Assembly (NCBI GenBank): GCA_002071085.1
Contig: MWEM01000007.1
Coordinates: forward strand, 17,618 to 81,617
DNA from: Thermotogota bacterium ADurb.Bin062
GTDB taxonomy: Bacteria > Thermotogota > Thermotogae > MWEM01
DNA: 64,000 nucleotides
Reading direction: 5' to 3'
This document shows positions 55,078 through 64,000 of the stretch, in pieces. The first letter of the stretch is position 1. The number at the start of each line of letters is the position of its first letter. A program made the translations under genes and the position numbers. The notes beneath the pieces are model-generated. The model was not told where the DNA came from. It ran no database searches and worked only from the letters and a program-made list of their open reading frames with translations.

Positions 55078-56385
55078 TTGGTTAAAAACTACGTTCTGGA
55101 TACGAACGTCTTGTTGCATGATCCGCACGCCCTCTTCTCTTTTCAAGACAATCACGTGTACATTCCGATGCCGGTCCTAGAGGAGTTGGATCGGTTCAAA
55201 AAGTCTCCGGGCGCCTTAGGGGCTAACTGCCGTGAGGTGATCCGAAAGCTCGATGGTCTTCGCGCGTTCGGCGATCTCTTGAAAGGTGTGCGCACGGACG
55301 CGGGGGGGCTGATCTGTGTTAAGATATTTCAAGATAAAGAATTCGAGAACGTTGTCTTACCTTCTTACTTTAAGAAAGGTCTCGCCGACAACTGGATACT
55401 ATTGTATTTGATGAAGATACAGAAGATCGACCCGAAAATGCGAACGATCTTCGTGACCAAGGACATCAACTTTCGACTGAAGTCGCAAATCATCGGCGTC
55501 ACGGCGCAGGACTACCTGACGGATAAATCCGCCGTGACGGAAGATAGAGGGTTCTACGAGGTTTCAATACCGGAAGACGCGATGCGCACCTTCGACGAAG
55601 AGGGGAGAATAAGCTTCTCGGCCTTAAGCCTCCCGTCCTCGATGAAGAAGCGGAATGTGTTCTTCGATTTCGGGCGGTCTCTTTACGGAAAAACAACGGA
55701 GACAACCGACGAGATCGTCCGTTTGGAAGTTGGGTTAGGGACATCGGTTTACGGGATTACCGCGAGGAACCGGGAACAACTCTTCGCCCTGGAAGTATTA
55801 CGGGACGACTCTATCCCGTTGGTTTGTTTAACCGGAAAGGCGGGAACCGGAAAGACGCTCATCGCCATAGCGGCGGGATTGTCGAAGGTGATGGAGGAAA
55901 ATGCCTATTCGAAGCTGACCGTCACGAAACCGGTCGTTTCTATGGGACAAGACATCGGATTTCTTCCTGGCACCGCCGAAGAAAAGATCCGCCCTTGGGT
56001 ACAACCGGTCTACGACAACTTAGACTTCCTTTTCGCGCGGAAAGGGGTTCGAGCAGAGGAGTACCTTAAGAAGCGAAAGATCATCGAAGTAGAAATTTTG
56101 AGTTACATCAGGGGCCGCTCGATTCCACATCAATACATCATTATCGATGAAGCTCAAAATTTAACCCCACACGAAGTGAAGACCATCATTACCCGCGCGG
56201 GAGAAAAAACGAAGATCGTCTTGACGGGCGATCCCGATCAAATAGACAACCCCTATCTTGACCGTACGAGCAACGGTTTGATGGTTCTGGCGTCAAAGTT
56301 CTTCGATCACCCGCTCGCAGCCCACATCACCCTGGAAAAAGGAGAACGCTCGGCGTTGGCGACCGTCGCCTCGGAGATTTTATAA
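55078..56385 (+). CDS. PhoH-family ATPase with N-terminal PIN domain (YlaK-like)
   Basis: YVLDTNVLL (PIN) and GKAGTGKT (Walker A), plus PhoH C-terminal motifs; TTG start. Confidence 0.85.
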   Translation: MVKNYVLDTNVLLHDPHALFSFQDNHVYIPMPVLEELDRFKKSPGALGANCREVIRKLDGLRAFGDLLKGVRTDAGGLICVKIFQDKEFENVVLPSYFKKGLADNWILLYLMKIQKIDPKMRTIFVTKDINFRLKSQIIGVTAQDYLTDKSAVTEDRGFYEVSIPEDAMRTFDEEGRISFSALSLPSSMKKRNVFFDFGRSLYGKTTETTDEIVRLEVGLGTSVYGITARNREQLFALEVLRDDSIPLVCLTGKAGTGKTLIAIAAGLSKVMEENAYSKLTVTKPVVSMGQDIGFLPGTAEEKIRPWVQPVYDNLDFLFARKGVRAEEYLKKRKIIEVEILSYIRGRSIPHQYIIIDEAQNLTPHEVKTIITRAGEKTKIVLTGDPDQIDNPYLDRTSNGLMVLASKFFDHPLAAHITLEKGERSALATVASEIL

Positions 56386-56400
56386 ACGAAACCGGATTTA

Positions 56401-56409
56401 TGATATAAT
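56401..56409 (+). promoter_or_regulatory. Extended -10 element (TGATATAAT) upstream of cheA
   Basis: tgatataat about 33 nt upstream of the ATG at 56442; RBS ggaggtga. Confidence 0.3.
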
Positions 56410-56441
56410 TTGAAGCCATTGGTAGAGTCGGAGGTGAAAGG

Positions 56442-58661
56442 ATGAACGGCGAATACGATCAGTATTTAAGCACGTTTATCGACGAGGCGCAAGAATATAT
56501 GCGCGTGTTGAATGATAAGATGCTCGCTCTAGAAAGCGAACCGGAGAATATGACTGCGATCAACGAGATTTTCCGGGCCATACATACGCTTAAAGGGATG
56601 TCGGGCACGATGGGTTTTGAAACGATGACGAAGCTGTGTCATCGTATGGAAAATGTCTTCGATCGTGCTCGAAATGGGGAGATAGAGGTCGATAAGGATA
56701 TGATGGACGCCCTATTCTCCGGAGTGGATCACCTGGAACGGATGACGCAATCGATCGCCTCAAAAGGCTCGGATAGCGGTACCGACATCACGGAGATCCT
56801 CGCCGTCTACGAACGGATCAATAGAGGAGAAAAAAAGCCTCCGGAGAAGAAGCCGGCTCCGAAACCTCCGACCGTTGTAGAAAAAAAGGCGTCGAAAAGC
56901 CCATCGAAACAACCGAAAACAGCGGGTATCCCCGCCGAGACCGGGATCAAAGGTCAAAGGAAGGAGGAGCGACTAGAGCCGGTGAAGCAGCCCGAACCCC
57001 AGGTTCAAGGAACGCAAAAACCGGACTATTCGGAAGGTTTCGAGTCTCCTATCCCCTTGCCTTCGGAGATACAAAACACTCTAAGGAAGGGTATCGAAAA
57101 GGGTTACGTTCCCTACTACATACAAGTTAAACTCACCTCTGGCACCCTGTTGAAAGGCGCGCGCATCTATATGGTCTTTCATCGGATGGATGAGATGAAT
57201 TCCGAAATCCTCTACTCCGTCCCGGATGTGGAGACGATCGAAGACGAGCGCTTTGATCTGACGGTCGAAGTCGTTCTGTTATCGAAAGTCCCGCAAGAAA
57301 AGATCGCGGAAGCCATCCTGAACATTGCAGAGATAGAAACGGTAAAAATCCATCCCTTGAGGTTTTTTGAGGATATAGAGCCGGAATCGACTCCTCCTCC
57401 CGCGCAAGTCGTCGGACAGAAACCTATCGAGAGCCCGCGGATGGGTCAGGCGGATCTCGAGCAAAAAGCGCCACCGGTTGAGCATACGGTCGCGCCCAGC
57501 GGCGCCGCGTCGTTGAGTAAAACGATTCGGGTGGACATCGAAAAGCTAGATACCCTAATGAATTTGATGGCCGAACTCGTCATCGCCCGAAGCCGGATCA
57601 ACGAGACTTTGAAAAAGTACAACATTAAACAAGTGGCAGAAAGCCTCAGTCAGTTGAGTCGAATCACCCTAGATCTCCAGAATATCGTTATGAAAATCCG
57701 TATGGTGCCGGTAGCGTACGTCTTCAACCGATTCCCCAAGATGGTCAGCGAGCTCTCGAAATCTTTCAATAAAGAGGTGCAATTGCTTATTTCGGGGCAA
57801 GAAACGGAGTTGGACCGGACCGTCGTGGATGAGATCGGAGAGCCGCTGGTGCATCTGCTGAGAAACGTGATTGACCACGCTATAGAAACGAAGGAAGAAC
57901 GCTTAAAAAAAGGGAAGCCCGCGGCTGGTGTCGCGAGATTGAACGCCAGGCACGAAGGAAACACCGTGATCATCGAAGTGATAGACGACGGAAAAGGCTT
58001 GGATCGAGATTCCATCGCGAGAAAAGCGATAGAAAAAGGGATCCTCGATGAGCCCACGGCAGCCAGGATGTCGGATGAAGAAATCTTTTTACTCATTTTC
58101 TTGCCGAATTTTTCGACCAAGAAACAGGTGACGGAGCTCTCCGGGCGCGGCGTCGGAATGGATGTGGTCAAGACCCGAATAGAAAGCCTGAATGGGTCCG
58201 TCTCTTTAGAAAGCGTCAAAGAAGTCGGGACGAAGGTAAAAATCCGATTGCCGCTCACCCTCGCCATCATCCAAGCCCTGTTGGTTAACGTCAGCGAAAA
58301 TGTTTACGCGATCCCGATCTCTATGATCGATAGCACCTTGAATCTTCCAATCGCCGACATACAATTGGTGCAATCTCGAGAAGTGGTCGTGATTCGCGGC
58401 GAGATCATTCCAATCATATGGCTGCAGGAGGTCTTTGGCCTTTCGCGAAATAGAGAAAGGCAGAGCGTCCATGTGGTGATCACCCGCGTCGGTCAGAAGA
58501 AATACGGATTCGTGGTCGATCACCTGTTAGGCCAGGATGACATCGTCATCAAATCCCTCGGGCGTCTGTTCAAGAACGTGAAAGAGTTTAGTGGTGGCGC
58601 TATTCTGGGGGACGGAAGGATCGCGCTCATTCTCGAAGGAACAACGATCGTCGCTACATAA
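56442..58661 (+). CDS. cheA: Chemotaxis histidine kinase CheA
   Basis: Hpt ([13 protein letters not shown]), dimerisation domain, HATPase (GLD...GRGVGMD) and a C-terminal CheW-like domain. Confidence 0.9.
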   Translation: MNGEYDQYLSTFIDEAQEYMRVLNDKMLALESEPENMTAINEIFRAIHTLKGMSGTMGFETMTKLCHRMENVFDRARNGEIEVDKDMMDALFSGVDHLERMTQSIASKGSDSGTDITEILAVYERINRGEKKPPEKKPAPKPPTVVEKKASKSPSKQPKTAGIPAETGIKGQRKEERLEPVKQPEPQVQGTQKPDYSEGFESPIPLPSEIQNTLRKGIEKGYVPYYIQVKLTSGTLLKGARIYMVFHRMDEMNSEILYSVPDVETIEDERFDLTVEVVLLSKVPQEKIAEAILNIAEIETVKIHPLRFFEDIEPESTPPPAQVVGQKPIESPRMGQADLEQKAPPVEHTVAPSGAASLSKTIRVDIEKLDTLMNLMAELVIARSRINETLKKYNIKQVAESLSQLSRITLDLQNIVMKIRMVPVAYVFNRFPKMVSELSKSFNKEVQLLISGQETELDRTVVDEIGEPLVHLLRNVIDHAIETKEERLKKGKPAAGVARLNARHEGNTVIIEVIDDGKGLDRDSIARKAIEKGILDEPTAARMSDEEIFLLIFLPNFSTKKQVTELSGRGVGMDVVKTRIESLNGSVSLESVKEVGTKVKIRLPLTLAIIQALLVNVSENVYAIPISMIDSTLNLPIADIQLVQSREVVVIRGEIIPIIWLQEVFGLSRNRERQSVHVVITRVGQKKYGFVVDHLLGQDDIVIKSLGRLFKNVKEFSGGAILGDGRIALILEGTTIVAT

Positions 58662-58702
58662 ATTTCCGGCTTACTTTTTTGAATGTATAGAGGAGGTTAG
58701 AT

Positions 58703-59068
58703 ATGGCTAAAAGAGTTTTAATAGTTGATGACGCGGCGTTCATGCGTATGATATTGAAAGATATCATGGTAAAGAACGGGTTCGAGGTTGCTGGTGAAGC
58801 GAGCAACGGGCTAGAAGCGATAGAAAAATACCGGGAATTGCAACCGGATGTAGCGACGATGGATATCACGATGCCCGAATTGAACGGGATCGAAGCGATA
58901 AAAAGGATCAGGGAGCAATACCCGAATGCGAAGATCATCGTCTGTAGCGCGATGGGACAACAGGCGATGGTGATCGATGCGATTCAAGCCGGAGCGAAGG
59001 ACTTTATCGTGAAACCTTTCCAGCATTCGAGGGTTGTCGAAGCGATCCACAAAGTCACCGCCGGGTAA
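58703..59068 (+). CDS. cheY: Chemotaxis response regulator CheY
   Basis: VLIVDDAAFMR, DITMPELNG, KPF. Confidence 0.85.
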   Translation: MAKRVLIVDDAAFMRMILKDIMVKNGFEVAGEASNGLEAIEKYRELQPDVATMDITMPELNGIEAIKRIREQYPNAKIIVCSAMGQQAMVIDAIQAGAKDFIVKPFQHSRVVEAIHKVTAG

Positions 59069-59069
59069 T

Positions 59070-59477
59070 ATGCCCACCGAGGTAGTGGCGACAAAGACAA
59101 CGGCAGGTAGCTTCCTTGTTTCGGCTTTCCTGCCTTTTATTTTTGCGACACTGTTGCTTTTCGTCGTACTTGCGGTCGTTTTATGGCTGACCAAACATAC
59201 GGGAAAGGCGCGGGCGAAAGGTGACTTTTTTTTTATTCTCGCGTCACAGCCCGTTGACCGATTTTCCAACATTCATTTGATCCGCTTCTTGAACGAGTTT
59301 TATGTCGTCGTCACGACGAACGGGAATGTTTGCATTCTACAGCGTATCGAAGAGCCGGAATCCAAAGAGCATCTGAACCTGAGGTACACTCACAGGAAAG
59401 TCTCGCCTTTCTTAAGCGCGTTCAACAAAAAAGTCTTCGAAGAAGAATTGAAAAAGATGGATCATCTCTCGGAATGA
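59070..59477 (+). CDS. Flagellar biosynthesis protein FliO/FliZ-like (single TM)
   Basis: Small single-TM protein immediately upstream of fliP. Start trimmed to the ATG at 59070, right after the cheY stop. Confidence 0.55.
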   Translation: MPTEVVATKTTAGSFLVSAFLPFIFATLLLFVVLAVVLWLTKHTGKARAKGDFFFILASQPVDRFSNIHLIRFLNEFYVVVTTNGNVCILQRIEEPESKEHLNLRYTHRKVSPFLSAFNKKVFEEELKKMDHLSE

Positions 59478-59484
59478 AGGTTCT

Positions 59485-60258
59485 ATGAAGCCTGCCTCGC
59501 GTGTTCTCCTTCTTTTTGTCTGCCTGATCTTGCTAGTCGCGTCGACGACCGGGTTGACTCAGGATGTGCGTATACCGATTCCGAGGATAGAGCTCGGAAT
59601 CGGCGAGGCGCAAAATCCGAATGATTTGGCGATCACACTTGAGATCCTCTTCCTCTTAACCATCCTCACGCTGGCTCCGTCCATTCTCCTGATGTTCACC
59701 TCTTTCACACGGTTGGTGATCGTGTTGGGGGTTGTGCGCGGGGCGATCGGAACGAGGCAAACTCCTCCGAACCAGGTCATCGTGGCCGTAGCGCTTTTTT
59801 TAACGTTTTTTACGATGCAGCCGACCTTTAACAAGGTTTGGAATCAAGCATGGGTGCCGTATTCCGAAAACCGAATCACCTATCAAACGATGTTCGAACG
59901 GACGGGTGATATCTTCAAAGACTTCATGGTAGCCCAATTGAAGATTCATAAGAATGAAGACAACGTGGATATGCTTATGGAGAGCACGGGAAGAGGAAAA
60001 GTGGAAGCGATAGAAAAAGCGGGGTTGGATATCATCATTCCGGCTTTCGTTATCGGAGAATTAGAGATCGCGTTCAAGATGTCGATCCTTCTGTATATCC
60101 CCTTCATCGTTGTGGATATGCTGGTCGCTAGTATTCTGATGGCCATGGGGATGATCATGATTCCGCCGGCGCTGATCTCTATGCCCTTCAAAATCCTTCT
60201 CTTCATTGCGGTTAACGGGTGGGACCTCATCGTGATGGGTTTGATCAGAAGCTTCTAG
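59485..60258 (+). CDS. fliP: Flagellar type III export apparatus protein FliP
   Basis: Signal peptide plus conserved FliP TM segments (LTILTLAPSILLMFTSFTRLVIVL, PFKILLF). Confidence 0.9.
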   Translation: MKPASRVLLLFVCLILLVASTTGLTQDVRIPIPRIELGIGEAQNPNDLAITLEILFLLTILTLAPSILLMFTSFTRLVIVLGVVRGAIGTRQTPPNQVIVAVALFLTFFTMQPTFNKVWNQAWVPYSENRITYQTMFERTGDIFKDFMVAQLKIHKNEDNVDMLMESTGRGKVEAIEKAGLDIIIPAFVIGELEIAFKMSILLYIPFIVVDMLVASILMAMGMIMIPPALISMPFKILLFIAVNGWDLIVMGLIRSF

Positions 60259-62987
60259 CCTCCGATTGGCGAAACGGGTCGACCCAAACCGGTCGGTTGT
60301 GCATCGCATCCTAGTAGTTGTTCCAGGTAATCCCTCTCTTCCTGCGCGTTGTTCAGTGATCCAAGCATCTTCTCCTGCGTCATCTTGACGATGACCTCGC
60401 GAATCTCGCTCCCTTTCTGCAAGTGATACTGTTTTGTGAGCACGTTGCCGTCCACATAGTGAAACCGAACTCCCTTTCGAAGCCGCGAATACTCTTTGAA
60501 ATGGTTCGTCCCGTCTTCGGTCAGATACGCGCACAGGTAAGCGAGCGACTCGCTCTTCGCACCCTCCAAGAGGACGTACAGATCCGAAAACGCGCACTCC
60601 GTGTTGAACATGTGCGCGATCAGCGCCACTTTTTTTGAAAAGGAGTAAATATCTCGGGTCACCTTACGCGGCACCCCGTATTCAGCTTCTACGTCTCTGA
60701 GCTGCTCTTCCGTATTGTATTCCAGCAACAGGTACAGTAAGGCATAGAATCGGTTGAAGGCGCCTTTGTAGTCGTAGAACCTTTCAACCCATAACAGTCG
60801 ATCGAAAAACCGTTTGAGCTTCTCTTCCAAGGTTTCGGTGTAATACGTCGCCGGAAAGCAGTGTTTCAATATCTCCAGTTCTCCATACCGTTTAAAAAGC
60901 CTAAATAGAGAAGATTCGGTTAAACTTCGTTGGAATTCGCGACGGATTCTTCCCCCGCTAACGCGTTCCAAGTATTTTTCGGCCAACGCTTCCTTCAATA
61001 GTTCCAGCGTCCGCTCTTCCATCGTGAAGCCGAAGCGGATCTCGTAGCGAACTCCCCGTAGGATCCGAGTGGGATCGTCGATGAAGCTGGTGTTATACAA
61101 TACGCGGATCGAACCGTTTTCCAAATCCCGCCGGCAACGGAAAAAATCGAGCAGCGCGCCGAAAGAGTCTTTGCCCAAGTCAATCGCCATCGCGTTGATG
61201 CTAAAATCCCTTCTAACGAGGTCTTTCCGTATGTGAGAGAACTCTACGACGGGTAAAGCGCCGGGTGAGTGATAGGTTTCGATTCGAGCCGAAGCGAAGT
61301 CCACGGTATAGCCATTCTCGAAGAAGGTTTTCGAGACTTGGAAAGGGGGATGTTCTTCTATCTTAAGAATACGAGAGACGTTCGGGGACTCTTTACATCG
61401 GGCGGCAAGTATTTTTACGAACTCGATAGCGTTGCCTTCCACCACGATATCCACGTCGAGGTTCGGTATCTTTAAAAGCAAGTCCCGGACGAATCCTCCC
61501 ACCACGTAGGTTTTAATGTTCAACTGATCGCCGGTTTCTCCGATCAAGCGTAGAAGTCTCGTCAGTTCTAGCGGCACCTTTCGTTGCAACAAGACGCTGG
61601 TATCATATTGTCCGAGGGGAAGCTCGACGTCCAATCGGGTATGATCGTGGCCATTTTTGTAGGAAGCGCGGATCAGATCCGTTCGCGAGATGATTCCTAC
61701 GAGCACGCCCTCCTTCAAAACCGGAATCCTACCGATCCCGTTCTCCACCATCATCACCCTCACCTTTTCGATCGAGTCTTCCACATCGGCCACCTGGAGT
61801 TTTGTGGACATAATGCTTTTCACTGGTTTGTCTTTCAACAGGTGGGCCATCGCTTTTTGGACGTCTCGGCGCACGATCATACCGATCAACTTTCTGTCTT
61901 CGATAACCGGGAGTCCCCCGTATCCCGTTTCTTCGAAAATCTTGTTGATCGCTTGGATCGTCATATTGGCAAAGACGGTCTTCACGGGGCTGCTCATCAG
62001 GTGTTTCGCGCGGATGGCCGGGGTCACGTACCGCTCTAGGTAGTTGCTCAATATTTTCACTGCATCATCGACGGGCACGCCGGACAACTTACAAGCCGCC
62101 GCGCGTTTGTGTCCTCCTCCGCTCAAAGCGCCCATCAATTCTCCCAGGTTGACGTCTGGCGAGGAGGTGCGTCCTACGATATAGGTCTTTTTTCCCATAC
62201 CGACGACAGCGATAAAGGTGTCGTAACCTTCGGACATCCATAATTTGCTCACGATGAGATTAAGTCCGCCAATAAACTTTTCGCTATTGGCGATACCGAT
62301 CGCGATTTCCGTCTGATTGATGTGCTTGACGACCTTATTGGTGAGGAGGTCTTCCAACAAGCGTTTTTGATCGATCGTCATATCGATCTTCACGAAAGCG
62401 GAGACGACGTCCAGGTTTGCGCCCTTTTCCAGAAGGTAGGCGCTCGATTGCAAATCCCGTGGGGTCGTCGAGGAGAACAGAAAGTTGCCCGTATCCTCGT
62501 AAATCCCTATAGAAAACAGCGTGGCATCGACTTTGTTTATGGCGAGGTTTTGTTTCCGGATTCGTTCGACCAACATCGTCGTGACCGAGCCGACCTCCGC
62601 TATGACCGTCTCCGTTTTATTAAAACCGGGAAAGATGTCTCCATCGTAGACCGGATGGTGGTCGTAAATACTCAAAACTGGTTTGTTAAGGGCGAGAGCG
62701 TTTTGTACAGCCTGTCCTAAACGCTCCATCAAAGAAGCGTCTACGATCACGACCTCCTTGACCTCCGAATAGTCGACGGTCTCCTCGCGAAAGAACGGGA
62801 TTTTTTCTTTGTATAACGAGAAATAGTCTTCCAGATTTTGAGCTCCCTCGCCGGAAACCACGATCACGTGATCAGGAAACAACCTTTGAGCGGCGACGGA
62901 AGCGGAAAACGCGTCAAAATCCGGGTTTTTATGGCTTACGATGATCTTTTGGGGCTTAACCAACCCGCGTTTGTCTTCTTTACCCAA
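60255..62987 (-). CDS. Multidomain tRNA nucleotidyltransferase (CCA-adding/polyA-polymerase family) with N-terminal DHH-DHHA1 and tandem CBS domains
   Basis: N-terminal DHH (IVSHKNPDFDAFSASVAA), DHHA1 (GGGHKRAAAC) and two CBS domains. Then a pol-beta head GGFVRDLLL...LDVDIVVEG and an HD-like C-terminal body. Confidence 0.75.
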   Translation of the reverse strand: MGKEDKRGLVKPQKIIVSHKNPDFDAFSASVAAQRLFPDHVIVVSGEGAQNLEDYFSLYKEKIPFFREETVDYSEVKEVVIVDASLMERLGQAVQNALALNKPVLSIYDHHPVYDGDIFPGFNKTETVIAEVGSVTTMLVERIRKQNLAINKVDATLFSIGIYEDTGNFLFSSTTPRDLQSSAYLLEKGANLDVVSAFVKIDMTIDQKRLLEDLLTNKVVKHINQTEIAIGIANSEKFIGGLNLIVSKLWMSEGYDTFIAVVGMGKKTYIVGRTSSPDVNLGELMGALSGGGHKRAAACKLSGVPVDDAVKILSNYLERYVTPAIRAKHLMSSPVKTVFANMTIQAINKIFEETGYGGLPVIEDRKLIGMIVRRDVQKAMAHLLKDKPVKSIMSTKLQVADVEDSIEKVRVMMVENGIGRIPVLKEGVLVGIISRTDLIRASYKNGHDHTRLDVELPLGQYDTSVLLQRKVPLELTRLLRLIGETGDQLNIKTYVVGGFVRDLLLKIPNLDVDIVVEGNAIEFVKILAARCKESPNVSRILKIEEHPPFQVSKTFFENGYTVDFASARIETYHSPGALPVVEFSHIRKDLVRRDFSINAMAIDLGKDSFGALLDFFRCRRDLENGSIRVLYNTSFIDDPTRILRGVRYEIRFGFTMEERTLELLKEALAEKYLERVSGGRIRREFQRSLTESSLFRLFKRYGELEILKHCFPATYYTETLEEKLKRFFDRLLWVERFYDYKGAFNRFYALLYLLLEYNTEEQLRDVEAEYGVPRKVTRDIYSFSKKVALIAHMFNTECAFSDLYVLLEGAKSESLAYLCAYLTEDGTNHFKEYSRLRKGVRFHYVDGNVLTKQYHLQKGSEIREVIVKMTQEKMLGSLNNAQEERDYLEQLLGCDAQPTGLGRPVSPIGG

Positions 62988-62998
62988 CGTACTTCACA

Positions 62999-63697
62999 TC
63001 ACTTTCTTCGTATGAGGAGGAACAAGTCTATTTCTTTTACGAGCGGGGCCAATACGCGGCAATACTCCGCGACGGTGGCGCCCGTGGTGTACACGTCGTC
63101 GAAGAGCGCGACCCGTTCCGGTAGTATTGTACCTTTTTTTACCCGAAAGACACCACGAACGTTGTCCTTCCGTTTTGCTTCGTCGATAAGCGAAGCTTGC
63201 GGACGGTAAGACCATTCACGCCGAACGACGGGGTCCAAGATCGTGATCTCCGGCATGAAGCGGACTTTCAGACGGTCCAGAATCAGCCGAGTGTTGGAAA
63301 ACCCACGTGCTCTGATCGAGGCGGGGTGCGCGGGTAAAGGGATGATGAACGGGACGGAAACGCGCCAGAAGACGATCAATCGATACAGGAAAAGAGCCAG
63401 GTGGTCCGCCAAGCCTTTTCTCGGCAGGTATTTGTAGGCTTTGATCAATTCGTAAAGCGGCGAATCCTCCACGGAATAATAATGAAGGCGCGCGACCTTT
63501 CCGGATCCTTTGCCCAAAACCGGCGCCGGTAGCAATTCGTCTAGCGCCTTTTCACAACTCGGGCACAGATACCGTCCGGCGCTCGTCCGTTCATTGCAGA
63601 GCGGGCACGGATTCGGAAAAAAAAGGTCCAAAAAAGCTTTCAGCAACGGCCGCTCTTCCGGACCTTTCCGTGTATTGATCGAGGTTAGTGTATCCAA
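62999..63697 (-). CDS. ComF-family protein (double zinc ribbon plus phosphoribosyltransferase domain)
   Basis: CPLCNER...CPSCEK zinc ribbons and the PRTase motif LFDDVYTTGAT. Confidence 0.75.
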   Translation of the reverse strand: MDTLTSINTRKGPEERPLLKAFLDLFFPNPCPLCNERTSAGRYLCPSCEKALDELLPAPVLGKGSGKVARLHYYSVEDSPLYELIKAYKYLPRKGLADHLALFLYRLIVFWRVSVPFIIPLPAHPASIRARGFSNTRLILDRLKVRFMPEITILDPVVRREWSYRPQASLIDEAKRKDNVRGVFRVKKGTILPERVALFDDVYTTGATVAEYCRVLAPLVKEIDLFLLIRRK

Positions 63698-63719
63698 ACG
63701 CCACCTCTGGCCGAGTCCG

Positions 63720-64000
63720 TCATTTATCCTGCTGTATGAACTCCAATTTCCTTTTTACTTCTTTAATCTGGAAAAATTCCAATTCGTCGTTCTCGTTCAC
63801 ATCGTCAAAACCGGCGAATCGGATACCGCATTCCTGAGGGGCTTCGATTCGCTGAACGTCGTCCTGAAAGTGCTTCAGAGAGTCGAGACCGCCTCTGAAT
63901 ATTTCGATGTTGTTCCTAAAAACCTTCACCTTCGAACCCTTCTCTACGAACCCGTCCAGCATCTGCACCCCGGCGATAGTCCCGACTCTCTTGATCCGGA
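63720..64000 (-). CDS. infB: Translation initiation factor IF-2, C-terminal end (3'-partial in window; gene continues beyond 64000)
   Basis: IKRVGTIAGVQMLDGFVEKGSKVKVFRNNIEIFRGGLDSLKHFQDDVQRIEAPQECGIRF...ELEFFQIKEV is colinear with the IF-2 C2 domain. The frame is open to the window edge. Confidence 0.75.
   Translation of the reverse strand, partial: RIKRVGTIAGVQMLDGFVEKGSKVKVFRNNIEIFRGGLDSLKHFQDDVQRIEAPQECGIRFAGFDDVNENDELEFFQIKEVKRKLEFIQQDK

Overview
This 64 kb window is a gene-dense bacterial chromosomal segment of about 60 CDS with short gaps and many 1-4 nt start/stop overlaps. The gene content suggests a Thermotogae-like anaerobic diderm lineage, but that is inference. Supporting features are a split methionine synthase, a compact ~337 nt type-A RNase P RNA, a CCA-adding enzyme with a DHH-DHHA1-CBS extension, an outer-membrane-like beta-barrel ORF and a methylmalonyl-CoA decarboxylase-type cluster. 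Recognisable genes fall into four functional groups: (1) pxpA, metH/metF plus a small N-terminally split ORF tentatively read as the MetH reactivation domain (low confidence, no diagnostic motif matched), glyA, argF, a ROK glucokinase, hutU, tgt, ispD and a two-subunit molybdenum hydroxylase; (2) rarA, uvrC, a DExH helicase, rsmD and the 3' end of infB; (3) cheA, cheY, fliO and fliP; (4) mscS, mscL and mntP. One ncRNA is called: rnpB at ~26239..26575, overlapping the last 33 nt of a Cof-type HAD hydrolase CDS. No CRISPR array, tRNA or rRNA gene was found. The most novel signal is a family of short non-coding MITE-like elements in three intergenic copies (~908..1267, ~12138..12625, ~21107..21474). 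Copy A is intact, with 22-bp terminal inverted repeats and a 9-bp target-site duplication. The family carries internal modules of direct repeats (GGAACGCC pairs, CACRGAG heptads, a conserved hairpin) present in variable number. Other candidates for follow-up are an RNase H-TPR fusion protein and a tight helicase-MscS-beta-helix-VIT/vWA operon. Also worth a look are a SigH-like sigma factor translationally coupled to an uncharacterised single-pass membrane protein, and a NeuB-family synthase coupled to an unknown 297-aa protein. Several start codons are approximate; they were judged from RBS spacing and cannot be verified here.
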